A stretch of DNA of 63,589 nucleotides, the filler included, from Chiloscyllium plagiosum (Eukaryota), in NCBI RefSeq assembly GCF_004010195.1. It is 3 parts of 2 records of this genome, joined end to end, with 100 filler letters (N's around TTAATTAATTAA, not from the genome) between each part and the next. Parts side by side here need not be neighbours in the genome. Positions count along the whole stretch, not along the records: positions 1 to 29,831 come from NC_057714.1; 2 more parts are not named here. One strand, written 5' to 3'. The notes beneath the pieces are model-generated. The model was not told the origin of the DNA, did no database searches, and saw only the letters and a list, made by a program, of their open reading frames with translations. A program made the translations under genes and the position numbers. Positions 12,001 through 23,624 of this stretch are shown one piece after another (the stretch's first letter is position 1; each line of letters opens with the position of its first letter).

Positions 12001-13399
12001 AAAAAAATGGCATTGTATTTATTTACTTAATACCATAATTCCAACCATTCTTTAACTATCCTCTATGTCAAAGGTAGTCTGGAAGATGTATTTATTGAAG
12101 GCTGTTCAACAAGCATTTTAGATCTGCCATAGGCTTAATTTGTAATTTCATAATTAAATATCCTTCTGATGTTATGTTTATACAGGACATTGATGTTGCC
12201 AGAAGGATTGCATACAGGATTGATTTCTTTCTCCTAGGAAGGTCATATTTGGCATGAGAGAATGAAGGCAGAGCAGAGTTACTTAAATGAGGTTATTCCC
12301 CTCTCTGAGATTAAGTAAACTGATTAAATCTGGTTCTTGAAGCAGGGCACACTTTAAGTGTATAAGCTAGGCCTAAAGTGCTCCCAGCACAGAATGCAAA
12401 CTGCAGAGCACCAAAACCTTGGGATTTGTGTTCATTGTAAGGGTTTAGTGAAATTGGATGGGTGGGCATTGCTATGTCTTTTTCTGGCCATTTTTGCAAG
12501 GGGCTGCTTTGTGCTGCTATTTAGATCTAAAAGCGGGCCTAGTTGAATACCAGGCTTTGATAAGGAGGGTGAGCAGCAACAAGATAAGGTGAATGTATTC
12601 TTTATTCATCAGTTTACTACTTGTTAAAGGGGTACAGACGGCAGTCAGTAGAGTGGTCCGCGCCTCCTGTCAGATGCAGGTGATCAGAGTACAGTCGAGT
12701 ATCCCTGGCAACCAAATCTGCAGGAAGTGTGTCTAAATGCAAATCCTCGCAGGCCACATGGATTGGCAGGATTGGCAGTTGGAAGCACTGTGGAGCATAC
12801 AGGAGACAGATAATGTGATAGATAGCAGCTTCAGGAAGGTGATCACACTGCAGATTCAGTCAAGTAGATAGGTCACTGGAATGAGAGGTAGTCAAGACAT
12901 GCAGGAGTCCACTCTGGCTTTCCTCACATAAACAAAATACTATTGTGGACATTGTTGGGGAGAAATAGCCTCTCAGGGAGAAACAGCAGCAGAAGGCAAG
13001 GCATGAAAGGCTCTGCTGTAAAGCAGGGTATAACAAGATCCAAGCGAGCAGTTGTTGTTGAGGACTTCACACCCGTAATCCGTACAAATATCCATTTTCC
13101 TCTACGTACATATAAAGCTACTCTCTCTCTCTATTCAATCTCACAATTTCCCCAACGAGGAAGTCATTGTGCCCCAGTGGCAGCACTCTCACCTCTGAGT
13201 CAGGATGTTACGCTTCAGAAATTTGAACACTAAGCTTAAAGAAGTTTTAGGATGATAAACCAAAATGAAATCTGCATTTTCAAAGGAAAGTACAAGGTGT
13301 AGGTCATTACAAAGAAGAAGAGATTTTGCTGTGTCATCGCCAGTATATAACCCTCAACAAACCTTCCCATAACAATTAATCTGGTAATTTTCTCAATGT

Positions 13400-13615
13400 G
13401 GAGAAAATGAGGACTGCAGATGCTGGAGATCAGAGTTGAGAGTGTGGTGCTGGAAAAGCAAAGCAGGTCAGGCAGCATCCGAGGCGCAGGAGAATCGACG
13501 TTTCAGGTATAAGCCCTTCATAAGGAACCAGATTCCTGATGAAGGGCTTATGCCTGAAACATCAATTCTCCTGCTCCTCAGATGCTGCCTGACCTGCTGT
13601 GCTTTTCCAGCATCA
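13400..13615. mobile_element. Palindromic Penelope pLTR mini-element
   Basis: Arms gctggaaaagc...ttcataaggaa and ttcctgatgaagggc...cttttccagca; flanking duplication aattttctcaatgt. Confidence 0.8.
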
Positions 13616-14168
13616 TACTTCAACGACAATTTTCTCAATGTCTCCATTACATAGTACTCCCCCACCTCCAAATCTTTTTTTTGTCTATATAGACAAGAAA
13701 TTTATAGGAACACAACATGCAGTTCATGTAAAGAGGTCATTCCCCACTTCAGAACTTGTCCACTCACCTCATAGTGTCCTAAATATAGAACTTCCTAAAT
13801 ACTCTACCATCCTAACGCATGTACACAATTACTCTCCCAGTATAATCTGTGAAGTAAAAGATCTGTGTGCCTTATAACCCATAATTCCAACCACCAAAGT
13901 ACTCTATTATTTAAATTCACAGGCCAAATAATTCTGTACTGACCACATATTAACCTTGGGAACATTTGATTTCCATTATTAAAATGACCAAAACCATTGC
14001 CTAGCCTCATATAATCATGTTGGGTTTACCATTTCCTCAGTTATCGACAAGAATCAGTGCATTCCTGCATAATCCCACAGACTGTCACAACATCAATGCA
14101 GAAATGCCTTCCAATTGTATATCAGATTGTAAGTGAATTTCAATTTAACATTTTATAATTGCACTTAC

Positions 14169-14234
14169 GATTGTGATACCGTGGTTCCAGTGAGTCGTAA
14201 CTCATTTCAAGTGAATCTGCAGTCATGCTTCTTG
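14169..14234 (-). CDS. Putative 66-bp repeated exon, copy C (xRSMTADSLEMSYDSLEPRYHN)
   Basis: Acceptor tcttctttcttcaatgacAG, donor C|GTAAGT. Only the phase-1 frame is open. The exon is much better conserved between copies than its flanks. Confidence 0.6.
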
Positions 14235-14929
14235 CTGTCATTGAAGAAAGAAGATCACAGGGTTCACAAAATAAATCAATGTACTCGATACAATGAGCTG
14301 TTCAATATGAGTAAAACTGCTTCATAATATAGACAGACAGAACTTGCATTTGTCACTTGTTCTATATTCTGAGGTGTATTGAATACTTTTGAGAAATATA
14401 GAAACATTCCACTTCTAAACTTCCAAAGAGGGATATATTCTCTCCTTGAACACCACATTGTATTTACTGACTTAACACAGCCACTTCATCCACTCTCTAA
14501 CTCTCCTGCTCCAAGTCAAAAGTACTCTGGAAGATGGGTTTATTGAAGGCTTTTCAACAAAAGTTTAAGATCTGTTGTCGGTTTAATTCATTGTCTCACA
14601 ATACAAGGTCATCTAGAAAACCTTACAATGATGTGTTTATACAGGGCATTGGTACCACCCTGTACTGTGTGTAAGATTGAATTATTTATCTAAGGAAAGT
14701 CACGCTTGGCACTAGAGAAGGAAGGCAGAGATGAGTTACTTAAATGATGTGGAGGTGCCGGTGTTGAACTCAGGGGGACAAGGTCAGAACTCACATGACA
14801 CCAGATTATAGTCAGATCGGTTTATTTGAAATCACAAGCTTTCAGAGTGCTGCTCCTTCAGGTGAAGGTGACTTTGTCAGTCAGAAGCATGTTTGACTAC
14901 CACTTCTCTCAGAATGCATACATCAGTTT

Positions 14930-16860
14930 GAGTGGCAGTTAGAAGTACTGAGGAGCATACAGGAGACAGAGAATATGATAGTAGTAGCTTCAGGAAGTGG
15001 TCACACAGTAGGTTAAGTCACGTACATGAGTGACTGCCAGGAGAGGTAGCCAGGTAGTGCATGAGTTTCCTGTGACTGTATCTCTCTTAAACAAATACAC
15101 TGTTGGGGAGAAATAGCCTCACAGGGGTCAATAATAGCAGCAGCCAGATTTTTGGCCCCATGACTAGCTCTACTGTAATGCAAGATATGGCAAGGTCAAA
15201 GGAGCAATTGTGATGAGGGGCTCTGCAATCTGGGCACAGTCAGGCATTTCTGCACCCATGAGCGAGACTTCATGATGGTGTGTTGCCTATCCGGTGTATA
15301 TCGGAGCAGTTGCATTTCAAATTCTCGAAGCGGAGAGTGAGCAGTTAGAGGTCATTGTACACATTGGAATCAACGACATAAGTTGAAAAAGGGATGAGGT
15401 CCTGCAGAGGGAGTTAGGCAGGTTGTTAAATGCAGGACCTCAGAAGTAATAATCTCTCAATACTGCCTGTACCACATGCTATTGAGAGTTGGGATATGAT
15501 GATGGGGCAGATGGCTGTGTGGCTGAGGAGCTGGTACAGGGGCAGGTAATCAGATTTTTAGATCAATGGAATCTCTTTTGGGGCAGGTATGACCTGGAGA
15601 ATAGAGACAGTTTGCACCTGAATTGGCGAAGGAACAACATCCTGTCAGGAAGATTTGCTTGAGCTACTTGGGAGGGTTTAAACTATTATGGCAGGGGATA
15701 GAACCCTAAGCAGTCATGAGACAAGACAGACATTGATGCTAGTACAGATATTAAAGAGAGGAAGTTAAAGGCAAGCAACAGCACGGCAGGGAATGAGTGA
15801 ACGACTGATTAATTAAACTGCATTCATTTCAAAGCAAGAGGCCTGACAGATAAGGCAGATTAACTCATAGCATGGATGGGAACATGGGACTGGGATATCA
15901 TGGTTATTACAGAACATAGCTGAGGGAGGCTCAGGACTGGCAGCTCAATGCTGCTTCAGTATGAAGGACAGAAGGGGAGACGAGACAGGAGTGGTGTTTT
16001 TGATTCGGGGAAACATCACAATAGTACTTACAGAGGATATTCCTGAGAGATTGTCTAGTGAAGCTATATGGATGGAACTGAGAAATAAGAAAGTGGTGAT
16101 CACCTTGATGGGATTGTACTATAGAAGCTCTTATAGTCAGTAAGAAATCGAAGAGCAAATTTGTAGGGGGATAGCAGAGGGTTGTAAGAATAATAGAGTT
16201 GTAATATTAGGGGATTTTAACTTTCCAAACATAGACTGGGACTGCTATAATGTTAAGGGTTTTGATGGGGAGAAATTTGTTATGCGTGTTTAAGAAAACA
16301 TTCTCTGTCAACATGCAGATGGCCTTACTAGACAAACGGCAAAACTCACCCTCCTCTTGGGAAATAAGGCAAGGCAAGTGTCTGAGGTGTTAGTGGAGGA
16401 GCAGTCTGAGACCTATGACTGAAATTCTATTAATTTAAAAATAATTATAGAAAAGGACAGGCCTGGTCCAGAAGTTAAAGTTTTAAATTGGGGCAAGCAA
16501 AATGTTGATGTAATTAAACACAAACTTTCAAAATTTGATTTGGGGAGTCTGTTCGCAGATAAAGGGACATCTGACAAGTGGGACATAAGTGTAAAGGATT
16601 ATGGACTCTCGTGGAAATGTAGCACTGACCGTCAGGTTTTTGGTTATGAGATTGGCTCTGCTGTAATGAGGAGTATGTCAGGTTCCAAGCGATCGATTGT
16701 GAAAGGGGACTCTCTAATCAGGGGCACAGATGGACGTATCTGCGGCTGACAGCAAGACATCAGGATTGTGTGTTGCCCCCGGCTGGCAGGGTCAAGGATG
16801 TCTGGGAGAGAGTGCAGAATATTTTCAAAGGAGAGAGTGATCAGCAAAAGGGCTTTGCAC
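14930..16860 (+). mobile_element. Degenerate CR1 5' half (ORF1 SGNH-esterase-like and APE endonuclease)
   Basis: IWMELRNKK...GLYYRS, the GDFNFPNIDW-coding segment, and ORF1-like KGDSLIRGTDGRICG. Confidence 0.8.
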
Positions 16861-17834
16861 ACATTGCTGTAATGGCTACCATCCAGCAGCTCTGAACTCA
16901 ATAATCATGAAGTGCTTCAAGAGGCTGGTCATGACCCAAATTAACTCCAGTCTCGCAGCCTGCCTTGATCCCCCACAATTCGCCTACCAACATAACAGGT
17001 CCACAGCAGATGCCATATCCCTAGGCCTGTACTCATCCCTGGAACACCTGGACATCAAGGACACCTATGTCAGATGCCTGCTCATCAACTACAGCTCCAC
17101 CTTCAAAACTTTTATCACCTCCAGACTGATCTTAAAACTCCGTGACCTTGGTCTCGGCTCTGCCCTCTGCAACCGGATCGTCAGCTTTCTGACCCACAGA
17201 CCACAATCAGTGAAGATAGACAACTGCACCTCCACCACAACAATACTCAACATTGGAGCCCTCCAAGGGTGCATTCTCACCCCTCTAATGTACTCCCTGT
17301 AAATTCACGATTGTGTTGCCAAATTCCAAAGGAATGCCATCTACAAGTTCGCTGATGACACCACCATAATTGGACAGATTCCAAACAATAACAAGTCAAA
17401 ATAGAGAAGGGAGATAGAGGGCTTGGTAACATGATGCAATCAGAACAACTTCTCTCTCAATGTCAGCAAAACTAAAGAACTAATCATTGACTTCAGAAAG
17501 GAGGAAGGAGAACATGGAACTGAGTCTGAGATGATGGATAGCATCAAGTTCCTCAGGGTGACAATAACAGGCAATCTGTCCTGGACTTACCACATAGATG
17601 CAATGATGAAGAAGGCACAACAGCACGTCTTCTCTCTCAGTTGACTAAGAAAATTTAGCATGTCCTTAAGGACCCTCACCAACTTTACAGATGCACCGGG
17701 GGCTATCGGCCTAGTGTGGCAACTACTCTGCTCAGGGTCCATAAGAAATTACAGAAGGTGATGTGCTCAGCCCAGACCACACAGAAGACAACCTTCCATC
17801 CATGGACTCCATTTACACAGCTCACTGCCACAGA

Positions 17835-19022
17835 GAGGGGGCACGGTGGCTCAGGGCTGCCTCATAGCGCCAGGGACCCAGATTTGATTCTAGCTCGGGT
17901 GACTGTCTGTGAGAAGTTTGCACATTCTCTCCATGTCTGCATGGGTTTCCTCTAGGTGCTCCTGTTTCCTCCCACAATCCAAAGATGTGCAGCTTAGGTG
18001 AATTGGTCATGACAAAATGCCATGTGTTCAGGGATGTGTAGGCTAGGTGAATTAGTCAGCCATAAATGTAGAGTAGGTAAAAACAAGGACTGCAGATGCT
18101 GGAAACCAGAGTCTAGATTAGAGTGGTGCTGGAAAAGCACAGCAGGTCAGGCAGCATCCGAGGAGCAGGAAAATCGACAGCAAAAGCCCTTCATCAGGAA
18201 TAGAAGCCGAGTATGAATTCTCCTGAGAATACACTACAGAAGGGGTCCTTTGCAATTCTGAGAGAATGTGGCCCTCAGCTGTGGCAGGGCAGACTGTAGA
18301 GAGATTAGGTGCCGGCGCATGGCTGCAAGTGTGGAGCAAAGGATCTTGAAGGAGAACCGTTGCTGGTGTTTTTGAATCTGCAGTCTGTACTGTTTGTCCT
18401 GTTCAGTTCCAAACTCTGCTGGTTTAAAGGTGGTCCGGAGTCCATGTGGGATGAGTTGGTTACGGAGGCAGGCACTGAGAAAGCAAATGTGGCTGTGGTA
18501 GCGAGTCTGTTTCAGGACATGGTTGAAGAGCTTCAGGGCAGAGGAGATGACCTGGGGGTTGCAGTGAGAGAGAGAGAGACTCACTGAGATTCATGTAGAG
18601 AGAGGAGGAAAACTTCTTCAAGGCAGGCATCCTTGCAAGAGGATTTGCAGGAAGGTTAAAATCAACTAGGTAAAAACAAGGACTGCAGATGCTGGAAACC
18701 AGAGTCTAGATTAGAGTGGTGCTGGAAAAGCATAGCAGGTCAGGCAGCATCCGAGGAGCAGGAAAATCAATGTTTCGGGCAAAAGCCCTTCATCAGGAAT
18801 AGAAGTCTCTCTATTCCTGATGAAGGGCTTTTGCCCAAAACGTTGATTTTCCTGCTCCTCGGATGCTGCCTAACCTGCTGTGCTTTTCCAGCGCCACTCT
18901 AATCTAAATGTAGAGTATTAAGGTAGTGGAATGGGTTTGGGTGAGGTACTCTTCAGAGGGTCAGTGTGGACTTATTGTGCCAAAGGGCCTGTATCCACAC
19001 TGAAGGGATTCTATTATATTCT
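17835..19022 (+). mobile_element. HE1-like V-SINE split by a Penelope insertion
   Basis: Head and V-domain at 17835-18075, tail at 18918-19022. Confidence 0.75.
18076..18904 (-). mobile_element. Penelope-like partial-tandem insertion (pLTR, ORF N-terminus, pLTR, plus inverted pLTR)
   Basis: 13-bp TSD taaatgtagagta at 18063-18075 and 18905-18917; ORF start ...HICFLSACLRNQLIPHGL...; three pLTR copies. Confidence 0.85.
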
Positions 19023-20143
19023 AAACAATATAATCAAAGACCCATCACACCCCAATAATTATCTCCTACAACCTTGAGAAGCCTGAACACATGCACCAGC
19101 AGGTTCAGGAACAGCTTCTTCCCAGCCATTATCAGACTGATAAATGGACTTTCTAGCCTCAAGTAATATTGATTGTGCTAATATTGATCTTGCCTCGTGC
19201 AAACTCTGTGCAATGTAACCTGTATGTTTTTATGTAAGTCTCTTTGATCTGTATATCCTTGCTTATTATGATCTGCTTGTACAGCTCGCAGACAAAATCT
19301 CTCACTGTATTTAGGCACATGTGACGATAAATAATCAATCCATATAGTTCCTTGAAAAGTAGACAGGGTGGTGAAGAAGGTGTTTGGTATGTTTGCCTTC
19401 ATTAGCCAGAGAATTGAGTAGAATAGTTGAGAGGTCATGTTACAGCTGTACAAGATATTGGTAAGGCCACATTTGGAGCACTGCATAGATTTCTGGTTGC
19501 CCTGCTATGGAAGGATATTATAAAACTGAAAAGGGTGCAAACAAGGATATTACTGGGATTTGAATGCTTGAGTTATCAGGAGAGGCTGGAAGAGGCCATA
19601 GGACCACAACACAAAGGAGCAGAAATGAGGTCATTCAGCCCATCAGGTCTGCTCTGCCATTCAATCGTGGCTGATAAGTTTCTCAACCCCATTCTACCAC
19701 TTTCTCTCCAAAACCCTTGATTCTCTTGATCCTCAAGAACCTATCTATCTCCATCTTAAATATACTCAATGACCCGGCCTCCACAGCCTTCTGTGGCAAT
19801 GAATTCCATAGATTCACTAATCTCTGGCTGAAGAAGTTTCTAATTATCTCCATTCAAAAAAGATCTTCTCTTGACTCTAAGGCAACGCTCTCGGGTTCCA
19901 GTCTCCCATTGGAAATAAATAGAATGTGTAGAGCTGAAAACAAAATTTCTTAAATAGCAAGCAATTGAAATATAACAAATCTTATGCAACACGAGGTGTT
20001 CCTGCAACATTCCCTCAAGTACAAGCATGCTGTTGACACCAAGCTCTAAATTCTCACCAATTAAAAATTGGGAAGACCTAGGGCACTTCTATCTTCAGAC
20101 AAAGCCCTGTACACAAGCTGCTAAATCCATTCCTCTCCCTCAC

Positions 20144-20323
20144 CACAGTTTTGAATTAAATCAGTCCATTCACAGACGTTGCTATCATGGGAAGTAGGTA
20201 TCACAGACTCATCCCTCATTGTCCACAGCCTGGTGATGCCTGCTGTTTTGAACTGCTGCATTCTTTGAGTAACTGGACACTCAGCCAACCTTAAGAAGGG
20301 ATTTCTGGGATGTTGACCAGCAA
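20144..20323 (-). CDS. Putative 180-bp internal exon (phase 1-1) of the unidentified minus-strand gene
   Basis: Unique sequence between repeats. Acceptor ttgctattcttaatAG, donor G|GTGAGG. Open frame (V)AGQHPRNPFLRLAECPVTQRMQQFKTAGITRLWTMRDESVIPTSHDSNVCEWTDLIQNC. Length divisible by 3. Confidence 0.55.
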
Positions 20324-22424
20324 CTATTAAGAATAGCAATATACAGTAGTTCCAAATCAAGACATTATCTGACTTGGAGGTGATTTTGCAGTTTGTGGTA
20401 TTTACAGGCATCTCCTGCCCTTGTCCTTCTCCATGGAAGCGGGAAAAGGTTTGGAAGGTCCTGTGGAAGGAGTCAAGGTGTGTTGCTACAATTCATCTCA
20501 TAGATGGTACCACCTGCTGCTACAGTGCTTTGATGGTGAAGAGAATGAATGTTCAAGATGGCCTGCTAATCAAGTGAGTGTTGTTACAGCTGCATCCAAT
20601 AGGATGATGGAGAATATTCCATCACACTGCTGACTTGTATCTTGTAGGTAGTGGATGGATGGTGATCAGAGCAGGTGTTCAACACTCACAAAGCGGGAAA
20701 AACATATTTGACCACATCCTTACCAATCTGCCAGTTTCAGACCCATTTGTCCACTGCACTGTTGGTAAGAGTGAGCTCTACACAGTCTTGTCAAGAAAAA
20801 CTCCCACCTTCACATTGACAATGCCCTCTAATGTGTTGTGTGGCACTACCAATGTTCTAAGTTGGACAGACTTCAAAGAGATCTAGCAACTTAAGATTGG
20901 GCATCCATGAGTCACTGTGCACCATCAAGAGCAGCGGAATTGTACTCCAACACAATCTACAACTCATGGCCTGGCATATCCCCAACTCAATCATAACCAT
21001 CAAGCCAACGTCCCAACCTGATTCAATGGTGAGTACAGGAGGCCATGCCAGGAGCAGCACCAGGCATACCTAAAACAGATGTTAATCTGGTGAAGCTAAC
21101 AGAAACGACAAGGAGCAAGTGATTGACAGAGCTAAGTGATCCCACAAACAATGGTTTGGATCTATTGTTCTGTAGTTCTGCCATGACCAATCATGAATGC
21201 TAGTTGGCAGGTAAACTGGAGGATGAGGCTTCATAAATATCCCCATCCTCAAATGATTGGTGAGCCCAACATATCAGTAGAAAAGAAGTATTTGCAGCAA
21301 TGTTCAGTGTTGAGTGTCAACTGTTGAGTGGATGATCAATCTTGGTCTCCTCCAGTGGTCCCCAGCATTATAAAAACCAGACTTCAGCCAATGCAATTCA
21401 CTCCATGAGATACTAAGAAAAGGTTGGAGCTACTGAATACTACAAAGACTATGGGGCCTGACAACATTCCGGAAATGGGACTGAACATGTGCTCCCGAAC
21501 TTACTGTTCCCATTACTGAGCTCTTCCAATCTGTTTTCTTTTCGTCATTCATCCACATGGTGATGGTGTTGCTGGCTGGGTCAGCATTTATTACCACCCG
21601 TAATTACCTCAAGGAAAGTTAAGAGTCAGCCACTTTGCTGTGAGTCTGGAGTCACATGTGGACTAGACCCGATAAGGATGGCAGATACCCCTCCCCAAAA
21701 ATGACATCTGTGAACCATGTTATGGACCAGGCCAGGCCGCCTCAAAATGTTTTAAGAAGGTAGCCCAGAAACCCTGTTAAAGAGGCAGCATCATCACAAT
21801 CAGATGGAGTTTTCTGATAATCGACAATTGTTTCATGGTCATCATTAGACTCATAATTCCAGGCTTTTATTGAATTAAAATTTCATAATCTACCATGGCA
21901 GGATTAAAACTGGATCGCCGGAACACTGCCTGAGTCTCTGGATAATGATAATCCATTAAGCTATCACCTGCCCTCTATGTACATCTCTAAAACTGGCATC
22001 GATAAAACAATGTGGAAAAATTGCACAGTTACGTCCTGTACACAAAAAGCAAGATAAATCTAAATCAGCCAAATACCCATCCATCATTCTAGTCCCAATT
22101 GTCAGAAATGCATTGAAAGATGTCATCAACAGTGCCTTCAGCAGCAATTGCTCAGAAATAGCCAGTTCAGGTTCTGCCAGGGCCACTGAGGTTCCGATCT
22201 CATTACAGCTTCAGTTCAAATTTGGACAAAAGCACTGAATTCAAGAGCGGAGCATTTGACAAAGTATGGCATCAAGAAGTCCTAGCAAAACTGGAATCAA
22301 TGGGCACCAGTGAGCAAACTCTCTTCTGGTTGCAGTCGTACCTGGCACATAGGAAGATGGTTATGGTTGTTGACGTCAGTCACCTCAACTCCAGGACATC
22401 TTTGCATGAGTTCCTAAGGGCTTA

Positions 22425-23349
22425 AAAATGTGATGCTGGAAAAGCACAGCAGGTCAGGCAGCATCAAAGGAGAAGGAGAATCGACGTTTCGGGCATAAGC
22501 CCTTCTTCAGGAATGAGGAGGGTGTGCCAAGCAGGCTAAGATAAAAGGTAGGGAGGAGGGATTTGGGGGAGGGGCGTTGGGAATGCGATAGGTGGATGGA
22601 GGTTAAGGTGTGGGTGATAGGCCGGAGAGGGGGTGAGGACGGAGAGGTCAGGAAGAAGATTGCAGGGCAAGAAGGCGGTGCTGAGTCCGAGGGTTGGGAC
22701 TGAGATAAGGTGGGGGGAGGGGAAATGAGGAAGCTGNNNNNNNNNNNNNNNNNNNNNNNNNNNNNNNNNNNNNNNNNNNNNNNNNNNNNNNNNNNNNNNN
22801 NNNNNNNNNNNNNNNNNNNNNNNNNNNNNNNNNNNNNNNNNNNNNNNNNNNNNNNNNNNNNNNNNNNNNNNNNNNNNNNNNNNNNNNNNNNNGGAGTGGA
22901 GGTTGGGTTGATGGGGGGTGTGGATCTGACAAGGGAGTCGCGGAGGGAATGGTCTTTCCGGAATGCTGATAGGCGTGGGGAGGGAAATATATCCTTGGTG
23001 GTGGGGTCCGTTTGGAGGTGGTGGAAATGACGAAGGATGATCCGATATATCTGGAGGTTGGTGGGGTGGTAGGTGCGGACTAGTCGGGTTCTATCCTGGT
23101 GGCGATTGGAGGGGTGGGGTTCAAGGGCGGAGGAGCGGGAAGTGGAGGAGATGCGGTGGAGGGCATCGTCAACCACGTCTGAGGGGAAATTGCGGTCTTT
23201 GAAGAAGGAGGCCATCTGGGTTGTTCGGTAGTGGAATTGGTCCTCGGGGAGCAGATGCGGCGAAGGCGAAAGAATTGGGAATATGAGATGCCGCCCCAGC
23301 CCCTCTCCAGCTCTGATCTCCAGCATCTGCAGTCCTCACTTTCTCCTAG
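22425..23349 (-). mobile_element. Penelope-like element 3' part with inverted pLTR
   Basis: MASFFKDRNFP...TYHPTNLQIYRII...AFRKDHSLRDSLVRS; near-perfect TSD atga(g/c)ttcctaaggg. Confidence 0.85.
22483..22510 (-). ncRNA. Minimal hammerhead core (CUGAAGA variant)
   Basis: Minus strand reads CTGAAGAAGGGCTTATGCCCGAAACGTC. Confidence 0.6.
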
Positions 23350-23624
23350 ATGACTTCCTAAGGGTAGTGTTCCAGGCACAAGCATCTTCCGCTGCTTCGT
23401 TAATGACCTTCCCTACATCATAAGGTCAGATGTGGGGATATTCAATGATGATTGCACAATGTTCAGCACCATATGTGATTCGACGTGACGGAAGATGTGC
23501 ATGTTCAAACACAACAAGATCTCGACAACAATCAGGCTTGGGCTGACAAGTGGTAAGTAACATTCAAGACACACAAATACCAGGCAAGACCATCTCAAAT
23601 AAGAGCATGAAAAGGCTTCCACAG

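Larger units (their letters stand above)
10500..15240. repeat. Tandem ~2.3-2.8 kb duplicated unit (copies B and C) containing the 66-bp exon, a DeuSINE-like relic and a CR1 5' fragment
   Basis: Collinear similarity 10570-12310 with 13130-14750, and 12770-13050 with 14930-15240. A third copy spans ~1580-5240, and the tail of a further copy lies at 980-1290. Confidence 0.8.
16860..19340 (+). mobile_element. Rex1/Babar-type LINE 3' part, interrupted by a SINE and a PLE
   Basis: MKCFKRLV...LDPPQFAYQHNRSTADAIS...LEHLD...GALQGCILTPLMYSL and KFADDT are typical Rex1 RT motifs; the element resumes at ~19023. Confidence 0.85.
20350..23610 (+). mobile_element. Old decayed LINE (RT motif AFDKVWH) with nested SINE and PLE
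   Basis: GPDNIP-coding ggggcctgacaacattcc and AFDKVWHQEVLAKL; a second related copy lies at 26520-27605. Confidence 0.65.

Noticed and set aside
13400..13615. Palindromes as a CRISPR-like array, miRNA genes or DNA-transposon MITEs
   Set aside because: Eukaryotic context, arms are PLE pLTR sequence, and the TSDs are long and variable.
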